Part shown: positions 16,029-26,129 of the stretch, piece after piece
How the letters are laid out: each line of letters begins with the position of its first letter
How positions within the stretch are numbered: the first letter of the stretch is position 1
DNA from: an uncultured virus (IMG/VR IMGVR_UViG_3300031519_004497)
Taxonomy: Duplodnaviria; Heunggongvirae; Uroviricota; Caudoviricetes
Reading direction: 5' to 3' (one strand)
Virus record (IMG/VR): IMGVR_UViG_3300031519_004497
DNA: 64,000 bases
The notes under the pieces: generated by a model
Databases searched by the model: none
What the model saw: only the letters and a program-made list of their open reading frames with translations
What the model was told of the DNA's origin: nothing
Program-made: the position numbers and the translations under genes

Positions 16029-16595
16029 ATGAGCAGACAGAAAGCGGGACAGCGGCTAAATAAAACAGACTTTTACCCTACACCGCCTTGGTGCTACGAG
16101 AACTTAGACATCGATTGGTCTATGTTCTCGTCTGCCCATGAGCCGTGTAGAGGTGATGGTAGAATACAATTCTTCTTGGAAGAGGAGCAAGGAATCCCTT
16201 GTACTTATTCGGAGATTATGGAGGATAAAGACTTCTTTGACTACACAGACAAAGTAGACCTAATACTCACGAACCCACCTTTTAGTCTGGCTAAGGAGTT
16301 TATAGATCACTCTATTACTCTTTCAAACACTTGTATAATGCTACTAAGACTAAACTATTTAGGTAGTATAACTAGACATCCTTGGTGGAAAGAAAATACT
16401 CCTACAGCCTTACACATCCTTAGTAAAAGACCTAGTTTTACAGGTAAAGGCACAGATGCTACTGAGTATGCTTGGTTTGTATGGGATAAAAGTGATAGAT
16501 TAGATAAAGGTGTGTTTTTCGCAACACTGCCAACAAAAGAACAGAATGCCTTAGCAAAAGAGCTAGCTGAAGAAGTAGTTCTTGAACTTACCTAA
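16029..16595 (+). CDS. Amino (N6-A/N4-C) DNA methyltransferase
   Basis: DFYPTP, EPCRGDG (SAM motif I), TNPPF; start moved downstream of the promoter. Confidence 0.85.
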   Translation: MSRQKAGQRLNKTDFYPTPPWCYENLDIDWSMFSSAHEPCRGDGRIQFFLEEEQGIPCTYSEIMEDKDFFDYTDKVDLILTNPPFSLAKEFIDHSITLSNTCIMLLRLNYLGSITRHPWWKENTPTALHILSKRPSFTGKGTDATEYAWFVWDKSDRLDKGVFFATLPTKEQNALAKELAEEVVLELT

Positions 16596-16604
16596 AAATA
16601 ATTC

Positions 16605-16633
16605 TTGACAGAAATGTTATTTCGCGATATAAT
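16605..16633 (+). promoter_or_regulatory. Early sigma70 promoter
   Basis: TTGACA-17-TATAAT. Confidence 0.85.
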
Positions 16634-16657
16634 ATCATTTCAAATTTAAGGAAACCG

Positions 16658-17089
16658 ATGGGCGACCGATTTTACCAACAGCAACTAGACAAGCTGGGCA
16701 CTTGCCCAGGAATGAAAACTAAAACAAGGAACCGCAGAATGGCGTGGGACGACGACAAGAAAGCACAAGCAGTAGAAATGTACGAAGCAGAGAACCCAAC
16801 CTCCGAGAATTCAATGGAGATTGTAAAAGATATAGCTGATGAGTTAAATGAAAGCCCTAACGGGGTTCGCATGATTCTTAGCAAAGCTGGTGTCTATATC
16901 AAGAAAGCTCCAGCCGCAGCAGCCTCTGGTGGTAACGCTAAAGCCCCTAGTACAAGAGTATCTAAGCAAGACGCTCAGGACGCACTTGTAGAAGCTATTA
17001 GAGCCGCAGAGAAAGAAGTAGACATGGATATCGTATCCAAGTTGACTGGCAAAGCTGCACAGTACTTCACCACACTAATCACAGACTAG
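16658..17089 (+). CDS. D3: T5 D3-like DNA-binding protein (start could be 16739)
   Basis: WDDDKK...IADELNESPNGVRMILSKAGVYIKK; synteny. Confidence 0.75.
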   Translation: MGDRFYQQQLDKLGTCPGMKTKTRNRRMAWDDDKKAQAVEMYEAENPTSENSMEIVKDIADELNESPNGVRMILSKAGVYIKKAPAAAASGGNAKAPSTRVSKQDAQDALVEAIRAAEKEVDMDIVSKLTGKAAQYFTTLITD

Positions 17090-17174
17090 TACCACCCGCC
17101 CCTTCGGGGGCACTACCACCCTTTAGAGTATAGGAATGTAAAAGATTTTACCCACCTAAACCTAAGGAGTCTTA

Positions 17175-17441
17175 GTGAAAAAGGAAGAACTAGCCTCTCT
17201 TGTGACGGAGTATGGCGACGCTATCATTACTTATCGTAGTGAGAACTCAAAAAAACTAAAGTACAATGTTTGCACGTTGGACTTTAGTACGCCTTATATT
17301 CAGAGCAAGAAAAATAGAGCGAAAGAATCCAGCAGTACGTTACTACTGTTCTGTTGGGATACAGACTCATACCGTCTGTTGAAACCTTTTAATATCACAA
17401 GCGTAGTACCTTTATCATCCATCTTAAAGAACGACATATGA
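17175..17441 (+). CDS. Conserved T5-like hypothetical protein
   Basis: AGGAG RBS; position between D3 and the PC4-like gene. Confidence 0.7.
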   Translation: MKKEELASLVTEYGDAIITYRSENSKKLKYNVCTLDFSTPYIQSKKNRAKESSSTLLLFCWDTDSYRLLKPFNITSVVPLSSILKNDI

Positions 17442-17755
17442 TTGACTTAACAGAGCCTGTTGAGGTATATGAGCATGTAATTCATTATGATGAGGTGAAA
17501 CAGGAGCAAGTTAGAGTCACTGTTAATACCTTTCGGGGGGTAGAATATCTACACGTTCGTAAGTACTACATGGACTTTACAGAGGAATGGAAGCCTACTC
17601 CGAAAGGAATAGCTTTCCCTCTTGACTTCAACAATTCTAAAGAGCTATTCCGCGCTTTAACAGAAATAATATCGTTAGCCGAGTCTCGCCAAATCATTGA
17701 AGAAAACTTCGGTGATCTCATTAGAGAGATTTATCCGGAAGATAGTTCGAAATAG
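17438..17755 (+). CDS. PC4/p15-like ssDNA-binding protein
   Basis: VTVNTFRGVEYLHVRKYY...WKPTPKGI. Confidence 0.85.
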   Translation: MIDLTEPVEVYEHVIHYDEVKQEQVRVTVNTFRGVEYLHVRKYYMDFTEEWKPTPKGIAFPLDFNNSKELFRALTEIISLAESRQIIEENFGDLIREIYPEDSSK

Positions 17756-17758
17756 TTC

Positions 17759-17787
17759 TTGACTTTTTCCCTATTCTTCTGTATAAT
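17759..17787 (+). promoter_or_regulatory. Early sigma70 promoter
   Basis: TTGACT-17-TATAAT. Confidence 0.8.
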
Positions 17788-17815
17788 ATCTTTAAATAAA
17801 TGAGAGAAAGAACAA

Positions 17816-18766
17816 ATGAGCGACATCGGTGAAGACTACCGCAATAAGATAGCAAAACTCTACTACGAAGAAGGCACAAGCCCTCTCGATGACTATGAGT
17901 GGGATCTTCTTGATGACAATCAGACCGTAGGCTACACTCCTAAAGAGAGTGTTAGGCATCTCTATCAATTGTTCTCCCTTCAAAAATCTTTCTCAGAGCA
18001 AGAAGTCTGGGACTGGATGGAGGATAAAGAAGTTGTAGAGACACCTAAGCTAGACGGTGCTGCTATATCTCTTGTTTATAACAATGGAGTACTCGTTCGA
18101 GCTACTAGCCGTGGCGATGGAGTGCGAGGTGTGGACATAACAGCAAATGTATGTCATCTAGTACCTAAGCGAATCGACTTCGAGTCTCTCTGTCAGATTG
18201 ATGGTGAAGTCGTAGCGCCCAGTAGTATTCCGAATGCAAGAAACTTTGCAGCAGGTGCGTTAAACCTCAAAAGTGTAGAAGAGTTCAAGCAACGAGTACC
18301 TAACTTATTCTTTGTAGTGCATGATATGCGACCAAACTATGACTTTAAGTACTGGAGTGATAAACTGAACTTTTGTTACACTCTTGGATTCCATACGGAC
18401 ATTACGTTCATTGATACCAATGCGGATGAGTTCCCCACGGATGGCCTAGTCTACAGACTTGATAGTCTAAAAGAATGGGAAGATGCAGGATTTACTGCAC
18501 ACCACCCACGGGGTTCGATAGCTCTCAAAGAGCAGAAAGCCGGAGTAACTACTACTCTATTGGATGTTGTATGGCAGACTGGTAAGTCTGGGGTAGTCAC
18601 TCCAGTAGCTCACCTAGAGCCTATTATGATAGGTGAAGCAAAAGTTTCTAGAGCTACGTTGCATAATATGGAATATATCAACGAGCTAGGCTTAGAAATT
18701 GGTTGCGAAGTCGAGGTCATACGCAGTGGTGAAATTATCCCTCGTATAGTACGACGACTTAACTAA
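17816..18766 (+). CDS. ligA: NAD-dependent DNA ligase subunit A (adenylation + OB domains)
   Basis: KLDG, RGDG, DGLV, TPVA, RSGEIIP. Confidence 0.93.
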   Translation: MSDIGEDYRNKIAKLYYEEGTSPLDDYEWDLLDDNQTVGYTPKESVRHLYQLFSLQKSFSEQEVWDWMEDKEVVETPKLDGAAISLVYNNGVLVRATSRGDGVRGVDITANVCHLVPKRIDFESLCQIDGEVVAPSSIPNARNFAAGALNLKSVEEFKQRVPNLFFVVHDMRPNYDFKYWSDKLNFCYTLGFHTDITFIDTNADEFPTDGLVYRLDSLKEWEDAGFTAHHPRGSIALKEQKAGVTTTLLDVVWQTGKSGVVTPVAHLEPIMIGEAKVSRATLHNMEYINELGLEIGCEVEVIRSGEIIPRIVRRLN

Positions 18767-18775
18767 AAATAGTTC

Positions 18776-18804
18776 TTGACAATAACGTCAAAATTCTATA
18801 TAAT
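18776..18804 (+). promoter_or_regulatory. Early sigma70 promoter
   Basis: TTGACA-17-TATAAT. Confidence 0.85.
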
Positions 18805-18830
18805 ATACTTTCAATTCAAGAGGAGTCCCA

Positions 18831-19607
18831 ATGCAAGCGATACTAGCCCCCACTATTTGTGGTTCATGCGGTACTGTCCTTGTGTGGAGAAATGATTTAC
18901 TATTCTGTAATGAGCCATACTGCCCTGCTCAGATTAGTAAACAGATAGAGCATTTTGCTAAGACCTTGAAGATCAAAGGGCTAGGCCCGAAGACTATAGA
19001 AAAGCTGCATCTTTCGTCTATACATGAAATTTACTCGCTTGACTATGATCTTACTATGCTAGCCTTATCTTCTAAGCCTCTTACAGAGAAGCTACTCATT
19101 GAGATTGATAATAGTAAGAAAGCAACACTAAACCAATTACTACCCGCTTTCAGTATACCCTTAGTAGGAAAGACTGCAACAGAGAAATTGTCTGCAACTG
19201 TACTCAGTATCGCTGAGATTACACCAGACAAATGTCAAGAAGCAGGTCTGGGCGCTAAGACAACTGAAAGTTTGATGGATTGGTTAGAAGACGAGTGGCT
19301 CTTCGGTGATGTAGGAAAGCTACCGTTTTCTTTTGAGTTTGAGCAGAAAGCTCCACAACAGGAGGCACACGGTACAGTATGTATTAGTGGTAAGCTGAAA
19401 AGTTTTCCTACTAAGAACGCTGCAACAGCCGCTCTCTGCTTACACGGTTATGATGTCAAAAGCAGCGTAACCAAGGATGTAACCATTCTAGTGAATGAGA
19501 GTGGCATAGAGAGTGCAAAAACAAAGAAAGCCAGAGACTCTGGCATAACAATAGTAACCAATCTATTAAACTTTTTAGGAGAAGCAACCAATGGCAACAC
19601 TGCCTAA
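18831..19607 (+). CDS. NAD-dependent DNA ligase subunit B (Zn finger, HhH, BRCT)
   Basis: CGSCG...C..C, IKGLGPK HhH, C-terminal BRCT; the split ligase is typical of T5. Confidence 0.9.
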   Translation: MQAILAPTICGSCGTVLVWRNDLLFCNEPYCPAQISKQIEHFAKTLKIKGLGPKTIEKLHLSSIHEIYSLDYDLTMLALSSKPLTEKLLIEIDNSKKATLNQLLPAFSIPLVGKTATEKLSATVLSIAEITPDKCQEAGLGAKTTESLMDWLEDEWLFGDVGKLPFSFEFEQKAPQQEAHGTVCISGKLKSFPTKNAATAALCLHGYDVKSSVTKDVTILVNESGIESAKTKKARDSGITIVTNLLNFLGEATNGNTA

Positions 19608-20319
19608 GTGGACTGATGAGCGTACCGACACGCTTACTAATTTTGTCGGCGATGAGACACCTGTCTCTCAAGCCTCTGTAGCAGAAGCCGCAGAACAGCT
19701 TGAAACAACAACACGGTCAGTTTCTAGTAAACTGCGTAAAATGGGATTCGAAGTAGAGCTTGCCTCTGCGAAAGCCACACGCGCTTTCAGCGAGTCTCAA
19801 GAAGCTACTCTCTCGTCTTTTGTCGAAGACAACAGCGGCGAGTACACCTACGCAGAGATCGCATCTCACTTTGAAGACGGGGCTTTTAGTCCTAAGTCTA
19901 TCCAAGGTAAGATTCTTTCTATGGAACTTACTGACCACGTTAAGCCAGCTCCCAAAGTGGAGACTGTAAGGACTTATTCCCCAGCGGAAGAGAAGACCTT
20001 CGTATCTATGGTTAATGATGGCGCATTTGTGGAAGCAATTGCAGAGTCCTTAGACCGTACTGTAAACAGTGTTCGAGGCAAGGCGCTCAGCCTTCTTCGT
20101 TCTGGCGAAATTGAGGCCATTCCCCGTCAGGAATTCACTAAAGGCTCAGCTAAGGATGATCCTTTGGCCGACCTCGGTGATGTATCTGACATGACAGTTG
20201 AGTCGATTGCAGAGCAAATCGGTAAGACTGCCAGAGGCGTCAAAACTATGTTGACTCGTCGTGGTCTGACAGCGTCAGATTATGATGGGGCTGCAAAGAA
20301 AGAGAAAGCTGCTTCCTAG
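19591..20319 (+). CDS. D5: T5 D5-like DNA-binding/transcription regulator
   Basis: Repeated HTH units (RSVSSKLRKMG, NSVRGKALS, RGVKTMLTRRGL); synteny. Confidence 0.85.
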   Translation: MATLPKWTDERTDTLTNFVGDETPVSQASVAEAAEQLETTTRSVSSKLRKMGFEVELASAKATRAFSESQEATLSSFVEDNSGEYTYAEIASHFEDGAFSPKSIQGKILSMELTDHVKPAPKVETVRTYSPAEEKTFVSMVNDGAFVEAIAESLDRTVNSVRGKALSLLRSGEIEAIPRQEFTKGSAKDDPLADLGDVSDMTVESIAEQIGKTARGVKTMLTRRGLTASDYDGAAKKEKAAS

Positions 20320-20336
20320 TAAGTAGTTAAAAATCT

Positions 20337-20375
20337 GTGTAGTCAGGGCAAGGGGTTGTTCTGGCTGCATTTTTT
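20337..20375 (+). terminator. Intrinsic terminator
   Basis: GTGTAGTCAGGGCAA/TTGTTCTGGCTGCAT stem plus T tract. Confidence 0.7.
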
Positions 20376-20390
20376 CATTCGGGGGATTCA

Positions 20391-21743
20391 TTGAATATAG
20401 CTAGTGCTTTTATAAAGCAAGTTTTGGATGCGCGAGACTTCGAGTCTTGGTCATCCGTGCGTAAGCACTACTTGCCTTCAGCCTATCACAGATTGTTTTC
20501 TGAGATAGACAAGCACTGTGAAAAATTCCATGAACTCCCTACGTTTGAAGACCTCAAGTTTGAACTAAGAGACGGTGCGACTAAGGAACTACTCTTTGCT
20601 GTTGACGCAGTGGAAGTAGATGCTGATGCGTACATGCTCTTACAGTACCTAAAGAATGAGTACACTCAGAAAGAGATACTGAATTCACTTGAGGACTATG
20701 TTGACCACTCTATATCCTTTGAGGATGCAGAGGAGTCAGTAGCACACCTACATCAGATCGTTCTTGATATCGAAGAAAAAGTAGAGCTTCAAGAACCTCA
20801 AGAGAGTATGCAACGTATTCCCTTGTTCGAACCTGATGAGGAGTTAGGAAAGTACCTACCTCTCGGCTTAAATACCGATAATGACTACGAAATCTCGTTC
20901 TCCCCCCGAGACTTGATTCTTGTAGGCGGTCGCCGAGGGGCAGGGAAATCTATTACTTGTTCAAACATTGCTAATAATGTCTATGAATCTGGTAAGTCTG
21001 CAATCTATTTCACTATTGAGATGGACAGTCGAGCAATCCTTCAGAGGTGTTGTTCTATTGCAACTGAGATACCTTTCTCACGCCTACGCGCTAAAAATCT
21101 TAACGTAACGGAATGGGAGAAGGTTGCTAGTTGGTGGGCCGGCCGATATCAAGACAGTCAAGAGCGACTGGCAGAGTATCAAGAACACCGAAACTTTGAG
21201 CAGTTCCACGATAAACTAAAGTCTACTTGCGAGTTACACCCCACTCAACAGTTGGACGTGGTTTATGACCCCTCTCTTACTGTCTCTAAGATAAGAGCCG
21301 AACTTGATAAGAAAGTCAAAAGTAAGATGGACGTTGGCGTAGTAATCGTTGACTACATCAATCAAGTTAAGCGGTCTAGTATGCCTTCTCGTGGAGGGCA
21401 GTATGACTGGACAGAACAAATAGAAGTTAGCAAGGCTTTGAAGAGTATGGCGCAGGAATTTGAAACCCCAATATTCTCGCCCTATCAGACAGACGCTAGC
21501 GGTGAAGCTCGATTCGCAAAAGGTATTCTTGATGCTGCTGATGCAGCGTACTCTATGGAACCTTGGAGCCAAGAAGATGGTTGTATGACGTTTACTTGCG
21601 TAAAGATGAGAGCAGCCGCTATGCGTTCTTTTACTTCTACAATGGACTGGGAGACTCTTAAGATTGGCCCTGAGTCAGCTTTGACTCCGACAGAGAAAGA
21701 GGATAACGACCAAAAAACTGGAGAAGACATAGACGATCTCTAA
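20391..21743 (+). CDS. D6: DnaB-like replicative helicase (T5 D6)
   Basis: GGRRGAGKS Walker A, FTIEM, IVDYIN. Confidence 0.9.
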   Translation: MNIASAFIKQVLDARDFESWSSVRKHYLPSAYHRLFSEIDKHCEKFHELPTFEDLKFELRDGATKELLFAVDAVEVDADAYMLLQYLKNEYTQKEILNSLEDYVDHSISFEDAEESVAHLHQIVLDIEEKVELQEPQESMQRIPLFEPDEELGKYLPLGLNTDNDYEISFSPRDLILVGGRRGAGKSITCSNIANNVYESGKSAIYFTIEMDSRAILQRCCSIATEIPFSRLRAKNLNVTEWEKVASWWAGRYQDSQERLAEYQEHRNFEQFHDKLKSTCELHPTQQLDVVYDPSLTVSKIRAELDKKVKSKMDVGVVIVDYINQVKRSSMPSRGGQYDWTEQIEVSKALKSMAQEFETPIFSPYQTDASGEARFAKGILDAADAAYSMEPWSQEDGCMTFTCVKMRAAAMRSFTSTMDWETLKIGPESALTPTEKEDNDQKTGEDIDDL

Positions 21744-21751
21744 AATATATC

Positions 21752-21780
21752 TTGACAGTCACCTTAAAATCGAGTATAAT
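21752..21780 (+). promoter_or_regulatory. Early sigma70 promoter
   Basis: TTGACA-17-TATAAT. Confidence 0.85.
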
Positions 21781-21806
21781 ATACTTTCAAATTCAACGGA
21801 GCTGGC

Positions 21807-22094
21807 ATGGCTATAATCAGAGGGAGTATGAAACATACATTCAGTGGTAGAAAACGTAAACAAATTTCCAGAGCGAAACAAGTACAGAAAGTACAGTTCT
21901 ATACCCTCAATAGAGAGGAACCGGTACGACGAGAAACTAAACAGTATCCGTCTGCTCCGATGACCCCCTATAAACCAGCTAAAGACGAGACGTACAAGCA
22001 AGAGATATCCGCTGAATATACTATAGCCCCCGCTTATAACAAGGGAGCTTATCAAGTCATAGCCAAGGACGATATCGTAAACATAGGAAAGTAA
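21807..22094 (+). CDS. Conserved phage hypothetical protein
   Basis: YTIAPAYNKGAYQVI motif; GGAG RBS. Confidence 0.7.
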   Translation: MAIIRGSMKHTFSGRKRKQISRAKQVQKVQFYTLNREEPVRRETKQYPSAPMTPYKPAKDETYKQEISAEYTIAPAYNKGAYQVIAKDDIVNIGK

Positions 22095-22095
22095 A

Positions 22096-22314
22096 GTGTT
22101 AATGGCTTTCCTGCTAGTAGTTATTGTGGAGGGGGTTGCCCAAGATACTGAAGATATGTACTTCAGAGATATAGACAGGTGCAACTACTTCTCCTATAAA
22201 ATAGGCACTGGCGACAGTGATGAAGATGAGCATCGTTACTATAATTATCAACGCAACGTAACATCATACTGTCTACCTAAAATGGTAGAAGAAACTACTA
22301 AGTTTTGGGACTGA
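22096..22314 (+). CDS. Hypothetical protein
   Basis: ORF with hydrophobic N-terminus and two Cys. Confidence 0.55.
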   Translation: MLMAFLLVVIVEGVAQDTEDMYFRDIDRCNYFSYKIGTGDSDEDEHRYYNYQRNVTSYCLPKMVEETTKFWD

Positions 22315-22461
22315 TACAATGGAAGACGAGACCAAGGAGATTCTTCAATGGTTAGATAAGATACAAGGAGCTGACTACAGAAGGAAAGTAAGAGAGATGC
22401 TTGACCTTAACTTCGACGGTCAAGAAGAAGAATCAGATTATAAGCCACACGAAAGAGACTA

Positions 22462-23289
22462 ATGGATATAGAAAGAATATTAAAAGAGCATGATGTATAC
22501 TTTATGCAGAAGGGTGCAGACTTTCTAGTAAAGTGTCTAAGCCCTGAGCATGAGGATAGAAATCCTAGTATGCGGATTGATCAGATTACTGGTATCTTTC
22601 AGTGCTTTTCGTGTGGATTTAAGGGTAACTTATTTAATCATTTTGGGGAAAGGGCAAATCAGCTACAACAACAGAGAGACCTTTTTAAGAAGAAGCTTAC
22701 ACAAAAGCGCTCCGAAAGTGTTGGTTTGTCCTTTCCCCAAAATACTTTGCCGTATGTAGGAAACTGGAGAGGTATACGTCCAGAAACTTATAGGAAGTTT
22801 GAGGCCTTCCAGCACGCTGCGGCAGATTATGTAGGTAGAATAGTATTTCCCATACGGGATATATCAGGTAATATAGTTGCGTTTCAAGGTAGGCATACTG
22901 GTAATGGTATACCTAAGTACAAGTTTACTCCCCCTGGGGCTAGACTACCTTTCTTTCCTATAGTGGAGTTTATACAAAGCTCTGTTATACTTGTAGAAGG
23001 TATCTACGATATGATAAACTTGCACGATAAAGGTTTGACTAATGCTGTATGTTGTTTTGGAACGAACAATTATAATGAGAGTAAGCTCTCAATGCTGCGT
23101 GTACAAGGCGCAGAGTATGTAGAAATATTCTTTGACGGGGACGACGCAGGTCAGACAGCGGCAGAGAAATTAAAGAGTGAGTGTGAGAAATCTGGTCTCG
23201 TAGCTAGGAATATCCACTTCAAGGATACTGATCCTGGTGCACTTACTCAAACTTCAGTAGATAAATTAAAGAGGAAGTTATATGGCTAG
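22462..23289 (+). CDS. DNA primase
   Basis: CHC2-like Zn finger (CLSPEH...CFSC), TOPRIM LVEG..D, FDGDDAG. Confidence 0.92.
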   Translation: MDIERILKEHDVYFMQKGADFLVKCLSPEHEDRNPSMRIDQITGIFQCFSCGFKGNLFNHFGERANQLQQQRDLFKKKLTQKRSESVGLSFPQNTLPYVGNWRGIRPETYRKFEAFQHAAADYVGRIVFPIRDISGNIVAFQGRHTGNGIPKYKFTPPGARLPFFPIVEFIQSSVILVEGIYDMINLHDKGLTNAVCCFGTNNYNESKLSMLRVQGAEYVEIFFDGDDAGQTAAEKLKSECEKSGLVARNIHFKDTDPGALTQTSVDKLKRKLYG

Positions 23290-25564
23290 AGTTGCCTTAG
23301 TAGAAACTAAAAAGGGTAGAACTGATTACAGACGAGAATTCGATGACGAGTTCGACTTTGATCAATATCAGCTATGCTCTGATCCAACTATCAAGAAAGT
23401 ACTAAAACGAGACTGTGATATTGATATAAACACAGACCACTACGACTGGGTTATACTAGTAGGTAGTGACGCGCTTAAGTACTTTACCAAAATTAATTCA
23501 GTGACGGAGTACTCCGGCAAGAAAGTAGAAAAGAAATTTTTACCTGTAATTAACCCTGCGATGCTCACATTCAAACCTGAGGCTCGTAAGACGTGGGAGA
23601 CTTCTAAAGAAAGTATCATTAACCATATTAAAGGCTTAGTCGAGGAGGTAATAATAGATGAAACAGTTGCTATCGGAATCGAAGATACTACCCAGTGTAA
23701 TCGCTTTATACAAGCGGCTATTGACCATGAAACTACTTATGTGGCGCTCGATTCGGAGACGACTGGGTTATATCCTAGGGACGGTCATATACTCGGTATA
23801 TCATTATGTTTTGATGGTGTCCAAGGTGCTTATATTAATACCGAGTGCTTTGATGAGACTACTGAAGCGTTACTGCAAGAACTATTTACGAAAAAGACAG
23901 TAATATTCCATAACGCAAAGTTTGACGTAGCGTTCTTTGAGTACCATTTTAACTTTAACTTTCCATCTATAGAAGACACAATGCTGCTCCATTACCTCAT
24001 AGACGAGAACCCTGGAGGGCACGGCCTTAAGCCTCTGTCTATTAAGTATACAGTCTATGGCGACTACGAGAAGCCAATGTACGAGTGGATGGATAACTAT
24101 AGAAAAGAGCATGGCATACTAAAGGCTGACTTCCAGTGGGCGTCTATTCCTTTTGATGTGATGAAAACATATGCGGCTATGGATGCTTTATGTACGTTCA
24201 TTCTTTTTGAGAAGTTCGTAAAAATTAAGCAGAACCCAAAGCTCAAAAAAGTATATGACAACTTACTTATTCCAGGTACTAGGTTTCTTATAAGTGTACA
24301 AGATAATGGCGTACCCTTTGACAGGGAGAGGCTTCAGGTCTCTCAAGACCTTATGCAAACGCAGATTGATGAAGCTATTAGTACACTGTATAGTGACCCT
24401 GCAATTAACAAATTCGAGAAGATAAATGGAAAAGATTTTAATCCTAACAGCACTGTCCAGCTTCGTAGCCTCCTTTTTGATTTTCTCGGTCTACGTCCTA
24501 CTGGTAAGAAAACAGGAACAGGAGCTAACTCAACGGATGCAGAAGTACTCGGAGAACTTGCATCCCAATCTGAAGTTCCTGGACTTATCCTTAACATACG
24601 TCAACGATCCAAAATTAAGAATACTTACTTGGACAAAATCATACCGCAGCTGGATAGAGATAGTCGGTTACGCACAGGCTTCAATCTCCACAGTACTACT
24701 AGTGGCCGTCTTAGCTCTAGTGGTAAACTTAATATGCAACAACTACCTAGGGATAACCCTATTGTAAAAGGTTGTATCAGAGCTGCGGAAGGTCACAAGA
24801 TAGTAGCAATGGACTTAACAACTGCAGAAGTATATGTAGCTGCAGTTCTCGCAGAGGACAAGGCTCTTATAGAAGTATTTCGCTCAGGCGGTAACTTTCA
24901 TAGTTCAATTGCGAAGACAGTATTCAAACTAAACTGTGAGGTAGAGGACGTTGCAAGTTTATTTTCAAAGGAACGACAGGCTGCTAAAGCTGTTACCTTT
25001 GGTATTATGTACGGCGCTGGCCCTAAGAAGATCAGTGAGCAAGTCACAAAAGACTCTGGCTCTTATTTTAGCCAGCAAGAGGCAAAAGAAGTTATTGATG
25101 ATTACTTTCAGTCTTTCTTTCAACTAAAGAACTGGATACAGAATAATCATAAATTTATAGAGCAGAATGGCTTTGTATATAGTTTCTTTGGTCGAAAAAG
25201 GAGACTACCAAATGTCAAGTCCTCAGACGCGGGCATCAAAAGTCATAGCATTCGTTCTGGTCTTAACTTTCTGGTGCAGTCTACTGCTAGTGACATTAAC
25301 CTTCTTGGGGCTATAGATATGCAAGCATACCTAAAAGCCACTAAGTCTAAGGCAAGAATCTTTGCTTTAGTGCACGACTCGATATTGGCAGAAGTACCAA
25401 TCTCAGAGGTAGATGGATATTGTGAGCAATTAGAGCAATATATACAAATGGACAGAGGAATATCAATTCCTGGAGCACCTGTAGGTTGTGACTTCGATGT
25501 TGGAGACGACTACTCTATGGGTAAATTCGAGAAACAATATGGAGGAACTTTGGGCATTAGCTAG
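23282..25564 (+). CDS. polA: Family A DNA polymerase with 3'-5' exonuclease
   Basis: DSETTGL, HNAKFD, SGRLSS, RQAAKAVTFGIMYG, VHDS. Confidence 0.95.
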   Translation: MARVALVETKKGRTDYRREFDDEFDFDQYQLCSDPTIKKVLKRDCDIDINTDHYDWVILVGSDALKYFTKINSVTEYSGKKVEKKFLPVINPAMLTFKPEARKTWETSKESIINHIKGLVEEVIIDETVAIGIEDTTQCNRFIQAAIDHETTYVALDSETTGLYPRDGHILGISLCFDGVQGAYINTECFDETTEALLQELFTKKTVIFHNAKFDVAFFEYHFNFNFPSIEDTMLLHYLIDENPGGHGLKPLSIKYTVYGDYEKPMYEWMDNYRKEHGILKADFQWASIPFDVMKTYAAMDALCTFILFEKFVKIKQNPKLKKVYDNLLIPGTRFLISVQDNGVPFDRERLQVSQDLMQTQIDEAISTLYSDPAINKFEKINGKDFNPNSTVQLRSLLFDFLGLRPTGKKTGTGANSTDAEVLGELASQSEVPGLILNIRQRSKIKNTYLDKIIPQLDRDSRLRTGFNLHSTTSGRLSSSGKLNMQQLPRDNPIVKGCIRAAEGHKIVAMDLTTAEVYVAAVLAEDKALIEVFRSGGNFHSSIAKTVFKLNCEVEDVASLFSKERQAAKAVTFGIMYGAGPKKISEQVTKDSGSYFSQQEAKEVIDDYFQSFFQLKNWIQNNHKFIEQNGFVYSFFGRKRRLPNVKSSDAGIKSHSIRSGLNFLVQSTASDINLLGAIDMQAYLKATKSKARIFALVHDSILAEVPISEVDGYCEQLEQYIQMDRGISIPGAPVGCDFDVGDDYSMGKFEKQYGGTLGIS

Positions 25565-26129
25565 TACGTTCTGGCAATGGACTATATTAATTATACTGGT
25601 ACTAACAGGCTTCTTAATCAATGTATTTGACAAAAGACCAAGAGAAAACAGAGTTAACTTCACATACGAGGATATGCCCAGTATGAGACCTTTGCCTATT
25701 AAAACAGGTGAGAAAGGCTTTTGGGGTGCTATTTGGATGTGGTTAACTGGAACAAGAAAGTGGGAGCTAGCAGAAGACTTCAACTATACGCTTAATGATG
25801 ATGAGTTTGTAGTTCCTGAAGGTTTTGTTTTTGACGGAGCTTCTGTCCCTAAGTTTCTTGCAATCTGGCTGTCCCCCGTAGGAGTTCTATTGATGGGAGG
25901 TCTTGTGCATGACTATGGGTATAAGTACTCTAGGTTAAAGAAGCGTAATAGTCATTTTCGTGTAGAAGATGCTCAAGAGCAGAAGTACATGGATCAGTTG
26001 TTTAGAGATATATGTATAGAAGTGAATGGCTTTAGGTTGTTAAACTACTTAGCCTACTATGCGCTTCGTATCTGTGGCTTTCTTGCTTGGAATAAACATA
26101 AGAAAAGCGGTAGTCACGATGAGCTATAG
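25539..26129 (+). CDS. DUF1353-like membrane-anchored protein
   Basis: VPEGFVFDGASVP, GGLVHDYGY; N-terminal TM. Confidence 0.7.
   Translation: MEELWALASTFWQWTILIILVLTGFLINVFDKRPRENRVNFTYEDMPSMRPLPIKTGEKGFWGAIWMWLTGTRKWELAEDFNYTLNDDEFVVPEGFVFDGASVPKFLAIWLSPVGVLLMGGLVHDYGYKYSRLKKRNSHFRVEDAQEQKYMDQLFRDICIEVNGFRLLNYLAYYALRICGFLAWNKHKKSGSHDEL

Noticed and set aside
17816..19607. Split ligase as a pseudogene or frameshift
   Set aside because: A two-gene NAD ligase is normal for T5-like phages, and subunit B has its own promoter and RBS
21759..22184. Minus-strand 141-aa ORF and similar antisense ORFs in the track (e.g. 13074-13529, 55567-56097, 61488-62000)
   Set aside because: Shadows of well-supported genes on the opposite strand
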